Shown here in pieces: positions 43,149 through 50,389 of a stretch of 64,000 nt of DNA (positions are counted from its first letter, which is position 1; the number at the start of each line of letters is the position of its first letter). Source of the stretch: Pirellulales bacterium (GTDB lineage Bacteria; Planctomycetota; Planctomycetia; Pirellulales; JAICIG01); contig DATKRK010000356.1 of NCBI GenBank assembly GCA_035532215.1, positions 1,682-65,681 of the forward strand, in the 5' to 3' direction. The notes beneath the pieces are model-generated. The model did no database searches and was not told the origin of the DNA. It saw only the letters and a list, made by a program, of their open reading frames with translations. The translations under genes were made by a program, and so were the position numbers.

Positions 43149-43529
43149 ATGCCGATCGTCAACTTTGTCAATGAAAAGAAGCAGGTGCAGGTCGCCGAAG
43201 GGGCGAATCTGCGGCAGGAGGCCCTGAAGGCGGGCATCAAGCTCTACAACGGCATCAACGGCTACGGCGCCAAGCTCAACGAGATTCTCAACTGCCATGG
43301 CCTCGGCCACTGCGGCACCTGCCGGGTGTTGATCGCCAAGGGCATGGAACATGCCAGCAGCCCGAGCCTGATGGAGCGGTTCACCTTCTGTTGCAATCCG
43401 GGCGCCATGTTCGCGCGGATTGGCAACGAAGAAAAGATGCGGCTGGCCTGCTGCACGAAGGTGATGGGCGACATGGACGTGGTCACCTGCCCGCCGATGA
43501 ACCTGACCGGCGAAAGCTTTTTCAGCTAA
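43149..43529 (+). CDS. 2Fe-2S ferredoxin-like protein
   Basis: Internal ATG gives MPIVNFVNEKKQVQVAEGANLRQEAL. The Cys cluster is CHGLGHCGTCRV, with LACC further downstream. Confidence 0.75.
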   Translation: MPIVNFVNEKKQVQVAEGANLRQEALKAGIKLYNGINGYGAKLNEILNCHGLGHCGTCRVLIAKGMEHASSPSLMERFTFCCNPGAMFARIGNEEKMRLACCTKVMGDMDVVTCPPMNLTGESFFS

Positions 43530-43596
43530 TCTTTTTGTCGGCAGTGGATCGTTGGCAAGATTGGAGCGTTTTGGCAAGCTGTCAGACCGACGCAAC

Positions 43597-43715
43597 TACG
43601 GGTTCCTCTTCTCTGTTCGCGTACGACCGCAACCGGTCGACGAATCGGCCGATCATCCCTGGCCAACAACGCGTCCTCTAAACCAGGATCCCCGAACAGA
43701 GAAGAGGAACCCGTA
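43597..43715. repeat. Repeat family E: second perfect 23-bp inverted repeat, flanking a 73-nt unrelated core
   Basis: TACGGGTTCCTCTTCTCTGTTCG (43597-43619) pairs with CGAACAGAGAAGAGGAACCCGTA (43693-43715). Confidence 0.9.
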
Positions 43716-43823
43716 AACCGACGCGGCAGCGCGGCGGTTGTCCCGCTGCATGGCAGCCAGCCGGGCATGCGAACCGTTGTCGGGGATCATGCCCGCGCCG
43801 TTTGCGGTCGGCAAAGGCGCGCC

Positions 43824-44189
43824 ATGCAACCCCTGAAATCCGCGCCGCTCCTTTCAAACCGAAGCTATCTTGTGAAACAAATCGTCGCCATCGTCAAACC
43901 GTTTCTGGCCGAGAAGGTGCTCGAAGGTCTCAAGCGGGCGCCGCTGGAGGCCGTGAGCATTCGCGAAGTAAAAGGCTACGGGCGGCAGAAGAACTATCTC
44001 GACCAGTATCAAGGCAGCGAGTACTCGCTGGCCTTTCTGCCCAAGGTCGAGATCAATCTCTGGGTCGACGACGCCCGCGTCGAAGAAATCATCCGCAAGA
44101 TCGTCGAAGTCGCCCGCACCGGCCGCATGGGCGACGGCAAGATTTTCGTGTTGCCGGCCGAGGTTTGCGAGCGGGAAGTGGAAATCTAA
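43824..44189 (+). CDS. glnB: P-II family nitrogen regulatory protein
   Basis: KQIVAIVKPFLAEKVLEGLKRAPLEAVSIREVKGYGRQKNY...YSLAFLPKVEINLWV...ARTGRMGDGKIFVLP aligns along its length with GlnB/GlnK. The true start may be GTG 43872 (VKQIVAIVKPF). Confidence 0.85.
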   Translation: MQPLKSAPLLSNRSYLVKQIVAIVKPFLAEKVLEGLKRAPLEAVSIREVKGYGRQKNYLDQYQGSEYSLAFLPKVEINLWVDDARVEEIIRKIVEVARTGRMGDGKIFVLPAEVCEREVEI

Positions 44190-44335
44190 TTCGGAAGTCG
44201 GAAGCAGGAGGCGTGATTGCCGACGCTCCGGCTTTTGATCGTCGCGCTTCAGACGGGCAGCCGCGAGTTAAGATCGACTCGCCGCCGCAGAAGACTGTCT
44301 GGCGCGCGAGAGCAGGCGAATTAGCGGGAAGACTC

Positions 44336-44830
44336 ATGCGTCTGACTATTTTCGACTTGCTTCATGGCATGGCGATCGTCGCCGGCGGCACGATCGGCGC
44401 TCGGGCCGGCTTTAAATGGTTCGGCTATCCCGGCGGAGCCGTCGGTTGCGTTCTTGGCGCCACACTCGGCTTTCTGGTGGGATATGCCTCTTATCGTCTT
44501 CTCGACCTCTTGATGGTGCGTCGCATCAGGAGCAAATCGACTGCCGAGCTGAGAGCCAAGTTAGTCGACGACGACATCCCTGGGACCTATGTTTCGAGGC
44601 TGATCATTTCCGTGCTCCTTGAGCGCGGCGAACCGGTCGAGAGCTTTCGCGAATACGTCTTCCGGCAACTTCGTTCCGAGGACGTGACCTGGAGGAGGGC
44701 GGGGTTGTGCAACCTGGGGCTCTGCTACCCAGACTTGGCGGCGAAACTCGAAGCTTTCGATGCTTTCCAACCGACCAAGGAAGATCTGCAAAGATTGAAG
44801 GAAATCGAGCCGGCGCCCGACGACGGCTAA
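44336..44830 (+). CDS. Hypothetical membrane protein
   Basis: Internal ATG gives MRLTIFDLLHGMAIVAGGTIGARAGFKWFGYPGGAVGCVLGATLGFLVGYASY (two TM helices), followed by a soluble domain of about 100 aa. Confidence 0.55.
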   Translation: MRLTIFDLLHGMAIVAGGTIGARAGFKWFGYPGGAVGCVLGATLGFLVGYASYRLLDLLMVRRIRSKSTAELRAKLVDDDIPGTYVSRLIISVLLERGEPVESFREYVFRQLRSEDVTWRRAGLCNLGLCYPDLAAKLEAFDAFQPTKEDLQRLKEIEPAPDDG

Positions 44831-45379
44831 TTGCCCCGCCCGCCGGTCAGTGTTGCGAGCGTTGCAGCTTCAAAAGCGCGGCCTCATACTGGCAAGTATC
44901 CGGCCCTGGGGCATGGATAGGGCTCCGTAGTGTTGTACAGCAGTGGACCGCACGCTCGGCCTCCCTTGTTCGGCAGGTCGTCTTGATGCTGATCTTATTC
45001 AACATGCACTGTCAAGCAGATCTCGGCATGTCAGGCGTCGTCCGTCAACTCAACGCAGTTTGTGAGCCGGGATATTGATGAGGTCCGCCATTTGTCCTAG
45101 CCCGTTGAAATTAGCTTCGCTTCGCCCCTCAAGCGGCTCACTCCTTCGAGCATGACCCGCCGACGCTGCAAAATCGTTTGCTGGCAGTTCAATCCGATCG
45201 CACGGAGATCGTATTTCCAACAAGAACTGCACCCCGCGCGTCGCACTTTCGGGGTTGGCATTGTTACCGCCCGTCTGGCTTGTCAAGTGCCGTGCGGGGT
45301 AATAGGCAAGTCATCCGGTCGAGCAATTCCGCTTGCGTGAGAAGTGGCGCCATGCCCCCCCTTCTCGCGGCGTGTTGCT

Positions 45380-46402
45380 CTACGAAGTCGCCGTAACCGC
45401 CGCCTGCGGCTGGCTCGCCTCGCAATCGATCCACCAGCGGTCGCCTGCCGATTGGACGACAGTTCCGAATTCCATCGACAAGGCGGCGATGCGGCGTGCA
45501 ATCGCCTGGCGCTCTTCGCCTTCGGCGAGATTCACCTGACAATCGTCGATGATCGTCGGCGAAAGGCCGATGCGCCGCACTCCGTGCCGTCCCAGTGAAA
45601 GCTCGAACAGCAGCCCGCGATCGTTGCGCAGCTCGGGGTCGACCGCGTAGTCGTCGACGAAGTCTCCCGCGTCGTAGATGATCGGGCGGCCGCGGTAGAG
45701 TTCGACGCCCTGAAACAGATGCGAGCTGTGGCCAAAGTAGATGTCCGCTCCGGCATCGATGACCGCATGCGCAAACTGCCGAAACAGCGCCGAGGGACGC
45801 TCGACCATGTTCGGCCCCCAATGGTTGGAAACGAGCACGGCGTCGGCGCCGCCTTGCCGCGCGGCTGCAATGCTTTGCCGCACGATGGCCAGCGATTCTT
45901 CGCCCAGCGAAACTTCCAGCCAGTTCGTACCGGGGCTCGTCGCCGTGGCGGCCCAGCCCGGTTCGTTGTCGGTGAACGCGACGATCGCCAGCCGCAGCCC
46001 GCGAGCTTCGAGGAAAGCAGGCCGCCTGGCTTCCTCCAGATTGCGACCTGCTCCTGCGAAGGCGATGTCTGCGCGGCTCAAGCTCGTCAACATCTCGAGC
46101 AAGGCCGGCTCCTCGTAATCGAGCACGTGATTGTTGGCCAACGTCACGGCGTCGATGCCCGCCAGGCGGAGAGCGTGAATTGCGTGGGGCGCAGCGCGAA
46201 AATGAAACGTCTTCGACCAGCGCGACCAAGGGCGCCCGCTGCGACTGACCACGCACTCGAGGTTGACCACCGTCAAATCGGCGGCCTTCAATCGCGGCAG
46301 CACGTTGCCCCAAGGATAGTTCAGGCCGCGTTGGCGTAACGCGTGGTCGGTCAAACGCCCGAGCATCACATCGCCCGCCAGCGCCAACCGAATTGACTCC
46401 AT
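45380..46402 (-). CDS. CapA family protein (PGA_cap metallophosphoesterase-like)
   Basis: 340 aa. Motifs are LALAGDVMLGR, VVNLECV, DAVTLANNHVLDY, AFAGAG, VSNHWGPN and YFGHSSH. Confidence 0.88.
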   Translation of the reverse strand: MESIRLALAGDVMLGRLTDHALRQRGLNYPWGNVLPRLKAADLTVVNLECVVSRSGRPWSRWSKTFHFRAAPHAIHALRLAGIDAVTLANNHVLDYEEPALLEMLTSLSRADIAFAGAGRNLEEARRPAFLEARGLRLAIVAFTDNEPGWAATATSPGTNWLEVSLGEESLAIVRQSIAAARQGGADAVLVSNHWGPNMVERPSALFRQFAHAVIDAGADIYFGHSSHLFQGVELYRGRPIIYDAGDFVDDYAVDPELRNDRGLLFELSLGRHGVRRIGLSPTIIDDCQVNLAEGEERQAIARRIAALSMEFGTVVQSAGDRWWIDCEASQPQAAVTATS

Positions 46403-46457
46403 CGGCGTTCTCCCGTCAGGCGGCGGAGCCTCGCAGGCAGAGGGGATTTCGCTCTGC

Positions 46458-46682
46458 TCACCGGGGACGGCGAGGGACCGATCTCAATTCGGCTTCGGCC
46501 GCCAGCCAATCGTGAAACGCCGTTCCCGCGGGGCGACCGTGGCGCAGCCAAATCTCATAAGCCCGCCGCGCGATCAACTCCCGGTCGGGCAGGCGATACT
46601 CGGTCGGTTGACCATGACCCGGCAAAACGGTCTCCTGGCGAGCAACCGCAGCTTCACGCTCGCCGTTGCGAATTGCTTTCAT
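46458..46682 (-). CDS. DUF2934 domain protein
   Basis: The C-terminus IARRAYEIWLRHGRPAGTAFHDWLAAEAEL matches the DUF2934 signature (IAxRAYxxWxxxGxPxGxxxxDWxxAE). Confidence 0.75.
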   Translation of the reverse strand: MKAIRNGEREAAVARQETVLPGHGQPTEYRLPDRELIARRAYEIWLRHGRPAGTAFHDWLAAEAELRSVPRRPR

Positions 46683-46825
46683 CGTCTTTCTCCTCGCGCT
46701 GACTCTGACATCTGCCTACATGAGCAGTTTTTGCGCCGCGGGTAAAAAATTGGCCGGGGCCGTCCGTTGCCAATCGAGCCGGTTTACGGACGGTCCCGGC
46801 GCAAAATCGCGATCGCACTCGCCGT

Positions 46826-47191
46826 TTAGGGGGCCTTTCGCAAGGCAACGGGCTTGGCATCGGAGCGCGGCGCGGCCGCGGAGGGGGGCGGGGCGGGCGG
46901 AGCAGGGGGCGGTTCGGCGGGGGCGGCTTTCGCGCCGTCGCACCCGCAGCACCCATTGCAATTATGGCGCCCGCGGCAGCCCTGACAGCCGTAGCATCCA
47001 TGGCAGCGACGCCGTCCGCGGCATCCATAGCAACCGCTGCAATAGCTACCCGAGCAGTCGCAACCGTCGCAGCCCGAACAAGCGCAATCCCGGCGCCCGT
47101 GACCTGCTTGAGCGACGTTGTCGGTCGAGATCAGTGAGATGCCGACGACCGCAAAAAAGAGAGCCACGGCCAATCCAAGCATACGATTCAT
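46826..47191 (-). CDS. Secreted Cys/Gly-rich small protein (16 Cys in a 52-residue stretch) with Pro/Ala-rich tail
   Basis: MNRMLGLAVALFFAVVGISLISTDNVAQA (signal), then DCACSGCDGCDCSGSYCSGCYGCRGRRRCHGCYGCQGCRGRHNCNGCCGCDG. ATG at 47191 lies inside ORF 46826..47209. Confidence 0.6.
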   Translation of the reverse strand: MNRMLGLAVALFFAVVGISLISTDNVAQAGHGRRDCACSGCDGCDCSGSYCSGCYGCRGRRRCHGCYGCQGCRGRHNCNGCCGCDGAKAAPAEPPPAPPAPPPSAAAPRSDAKPVALRKAP

Positions 47192-47639
47192 AGCAACACC
47201 CTTTCGCAAAAGATCCCCAGAGAGAGAAACGACGCTGGTGCTCCTGCCGCCTGCTGCAAGCGCTAATTTCGCATTTGTCGCCCGCGAGCCTGCGGCGCGC
47301 TTCCGTATCCGCCGAGAGGCGACTAATCCTCCTTCGCTGATGAGCTTGCCAAAGCAGATCGCGCATGAGCCGCATCCCCAGGAAGCAAGTCACGTGCCGG
47401 TCTTGGCTTCGTGGCTGAAAGCCTCTCGAGATTCGATGCCGGCGTCGATCGCTGCGCTGCGTTCGGCATCCGGCTCGCAGGAAGCTTCTTGAGAAATGCG
47501 GTCGCTCATGGCACGAAACATGTTCAAGCGAGCCATGGCATCGGGAGGGATCGACAAAGACATACGAACCTTTCTTAGCAAGCGGTCTGAACGGAAGGGC
47601 GGTCTCAACGGAAGCGACGTTTTCGCGGCAAAGCGGCGA

Positions 47640-48002
47640 TCAATGTTCTTGGCAGCAAGGCGGCTCGACGACGGTAGCCGCGGCCTGCTCCGCTGGCGAA
47701 CCGCAAAGTCCGAGAAACATGTCGAAGATCGAACCGGCCAGTGCGGATGCCTGGTCGTCGGTCATGTCGCGGATTTTTTTTGCGGCCCGTTCCCCCGAGC
47801 CGTAGGGCACGTCCGCATCGCTGATCGCGTTGCGAAACTCGTAATAGTCCGGGAGCAGATCCGCCGGCAAATCGTCTCTGGGGTTAACGCGGCTCAACTG
47901 GGCCGCATAAGCCGTCAACAGGCGTTCTTTGACTTCCGCCTTCTCGTCCGCCAGAATTCGCACCGCGCGCGTGAACCGCGCTCGTCCTTCGCTCAAGGCC
48001 AT
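47640..48002 (-). CDS. Hypothetical protein (120 aa)
   Basis: ATG ORF with coding-like composition. No motif was recognised. Confidence 0.5.
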   Translation of the reverse strand: MALSEGRARFTRAVRILADEKAEVKERLLTAYAAQLSRVNPRDDLPADLLPDYYEFRNAISDADVPYGSGERAAKKIRDMTDDQASALAGSIFDMFLGLCGSPAEQAAATVVEPPCCQEH

Positions 48003-48094
48003 GTTCGTTTCTCCGTATTCAAGCTGCCGTCGGTTAGTGGTTGCGACCGTAGCGACCGGAATGCGATTCGAGCCCGCGTCGAGCCGGCCGATGT

Positions 48095-48616
48095 TTAGCT
48101 CACGGCGACCTCGGGCGCCTCGGAACTCGTCCGCGCATGCACGCGCACTTCGGCGGCATCGGTCTCTTGAAGAATCCGTTTGGCGTCCACCAATTCAAGC
48201 GGGCTGCCGTTGGCGACGACCAATACGCTGCCGTTTTTGATGCAATGTTCGTAGTGTTCGATATCCCGGCGATGGACGCCCCAGCCGGCCAATCCGCCGA
48301 GGTAGGCGCCCACGGTCGCCGCGGTCAGGGCTACCGCGACCGGGCCGAACATGAAAATGGCGCCGACGCCGGAAACCGCGACGGCGCCGAGCCCTGCCAG
48401 CACTCCGACGACGCCGCCAAGACCGGCGCCGATGGCCGCATCGCGAACTGAATCGTCTCCCATTTCAAGCTCTCGCGTCAGCTCGGGTTTTTCGGTCAGG
48501 CCCGACGAAACAAGCGAGATTTGCTGCTGGGGAAAGTCGCCGCGCCGTAAAATCCAAACGGCCTGTTCCGCCTTGTGGAGCGACTCGTACACGCCGACCA
48601 CGCATTCTTCGTTCAT
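48095..48616 (-). CDS. YflT/general-stress-protein-17M-like domain membrane protein
   Basis: The N-terminus reads VVGVYESLHKAEQAVWILRRGDFPQQQISLV. A Gly-rich double TM segment follows (AAIGAGLGGVVGVLAGLGAVAVSGVGAIFMFGPVAVALTAATVGAYLGGLAGWG), then HYEHCIKNGSVLVV. Confidence 0.65.
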   Translation of the reverse strand: MNEECVVGVYESLHKAEQAVWILRRGDFPQQQISLVSSGLTEKPELTRELEMGDDSVRDAAIGAGLGGVVGVLAGLGAVAVSGVGAIFMFGPVAVALTAATVGAYLGGLAGWGVHRRDIEHYEHCIKNGSVLVVANGSPLELVDAKRILQETDAAEVRVHARTSSEAPEVAVS

Positions 48617-48979
48617 GACTTTCGCTCCTTGACTACCGCTGCCTGACTACGTTTAGCGGCGGCGCCCGCGCCCGAAGAGAACATTTGCACCCTCGGTCGA
48701 AGCGCCAGGCCAAAACCGCAGGTACAACTTGCCGATGAGCAAGTAGCGTGCCGGATAGCAAACGCGGAAGAACGACGGGGCAGAGCATTGAAAGGACATC
48801 GCGACAGCGCGCTCTCGAGCGCGCATCGGTGTGCGATGCACACTGCCAGGCTCGCCGTTCGTTGTATCGGGCGCAATGACAAGCGGATTGGCAATTTTTC
48901 CCGAGCGAACGATAATCGTGCTCTGGGGGAGCCCGCATCTCGGGCAGTTCCAAGGCATTGCAATTAGGGAGGTTCTGTT

Positions 48980-50287
48980 GTGAGCGGTAAGCAATCCAAC
49001 ACTCGGCGGGAGTTCTTGCGACGCGCGGCGGCGATGTCGTCGGCAGCCGCGTTGCCGTGGATCGTGTCTTCAAGCGCGCTGGGCGGCGCGGGCCGAGCGG
49101 CGGCGAGCGAAAGGATCACGCTCGGCGTCATCGGAATCGGTCCGCGATGCACTTACGACCTGACGTCCATGCTCTCGCTTCCCGACGTGCAATGCGTGGC
49201 GATCGCCGACGTCCAGGCCAGCCGCCGCGACGCGGGCAAGGCGCTTGTCGACAAGCACTATGGCAACTCCGATTGCCGGCTCTATCGAGATTTTCGGGAA
49301 CTCCTCGATCGCAAGGACATCGACGCCGTGTTGATTGCGACCGGCGATCGCTGGCACGCGACGGCGTCGATGCTGGCGGCGCAGGCCGGCAAGGATGTTT
49401 ACAGCGAGAAACCGTGCGGCCTGACCATCGAACTCTGCCAGCAATTGGCCGACACGATGAAAGCCGCCGGACGGATTTTTCAAGCGGGAACGCAGCGGCG
49501 GAGCGTGCCGAACTTCCAGCAGGCGGTGCGTCTGGCACGGGAAGGAAAGCTAGGCAAGCTGCAAACGCTTTACGCCTCGGTCTACATCCCAACGCTGGAC
49601 AATAGCTGGCTGGCCGGCGAGCCCACGCCGCCCCGCGACGTCGTCGACTGGAACCTGTGGCTGGGTCCGGCGCCCTGGCGTCCTTACAACAGCAAGTACG
49701 TGGCCGGCAAATGGCGAGGGTATTACGACTTCGATTCCGGCGCCCGATTGCTCGACTGGGGCGCCCATACGGTCGATTTGTGTCAGTGGGCCAACCAGGC
49801 CGACCACACCACGCCCATCGTTTTCGAGCCGTCGGAAAAAAACATCACCTGCACCTACGAGAACGGCGTGAAGCTGGTGCTCGACTTTCTGCCCATGCCG
49901 TTTGGCGATCGCGGTCCCCACTGGATTACCAGGCTCGGCACTTGCCCGGTGCGGTTTGTCGGCGCCGAAGGCTGGCTGGAGACAGGCGACAGCGGCGAAA
50001 CCGAGGTTTCCTCCGAGGCGCTCCGCGGCGAGTTGCAAGCCTCGGCCGGCAGGGTCAAGGGGTTGGACGTCTCGGCCCACGCCAGAAACTTCTTCGATTG
50101 CATCAAATCGCGGCAACCCACCGTGGCGAATCCCGACGTGATGCGGAACTCGCATGTTGCTTGCCACGCTGCGGCGCTAGCCTGGATCCTCCATCGCAAG
50201 CTGTCGTTCGATCCGGTGAAACAGGAGTTCATCGATGATGACGAAGCCAACCGGCTGCGTTCTCGCGCAGCCCGGGCGTGGAGTTGA
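48980..50287 (+). CDS. Gfo/Idh/MocA family oxidoreductase with twin-arginine signal
   Basis: GTG start after GGGAGG. The Tat leader is TRREFLRRAAAMSSAAALP and the Rossmann motif is LGVIGIGPRC. The C-terminal alpha/beta domain is typical of the family. Confidence 0.9.
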   Translation: MSGKQSNTRREFLRRAAAMSSAAALPWIVSSSALGGAGRAAASERITLGVIGIGPRCTYDLTSMLSLPDVQCVAIADVQASRRDAGKALVDKHYGNSDCRLYRDFRELLDRKDIDAVLIATGDRWHATASMLAAQAGKDVYSEKPCGLTIELCQQLADTMKAAGRIFQAGTQRRSVPNFQQAVRLAREGKLGKLQTLYASVYIPTLDNSWLAGEPTPPRDVVDWNLWLGPAPWRPYNSKYVAGKWRGYYDFDSGARLLDWGAHTVDLCQWANQADHTTPIVFEPSEKNITCTYENGVKLVLDFLPMPFGDRGPHWITRLGTCPVRFVGAEGWLETGDSGETEVSSEALRGELQASAGRVKGLDVSAHARNFFDCIKSRQPTVANPDVMRNSHVACHAAALAWILHRKLSFDPVKQEFIDDDEANRLRSRAARAWS

Positions 50288-50294
50288 GTTCGCG

Positions 50295-50349
50295 GTGGGG
50301 CGGCCTTCCTCACCCGTCCGGCGATTGACGGCCTGGAAGGCCGCCCCAC
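50295..50349. repeat. Palindromic repeat family D copy; likely bidirectional terminator
   Basis: A perfect 15-bp outer stem GTGGGGCGGCCTTCC (50295-50309) / GGAAGGCCGCCCCAC (50335-50349) encloses an inner CCGTC/GACGG stem. It sits between convergent genes. Confidence 0.7.
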
Positions 50350-50389
50350 GATGAGCCCGCAAGCGATGGTCAGCCGGGCTCGGTATGAC

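Noticed and set aside
47390-47608. 72-aa - strand ORF between the hypothetical 47640 gene and the Cys-rich gene
   Set aside because: It is short, with no signal peptide or motif and an ambiguous start, so the evidence is insufficient to call it a gene.
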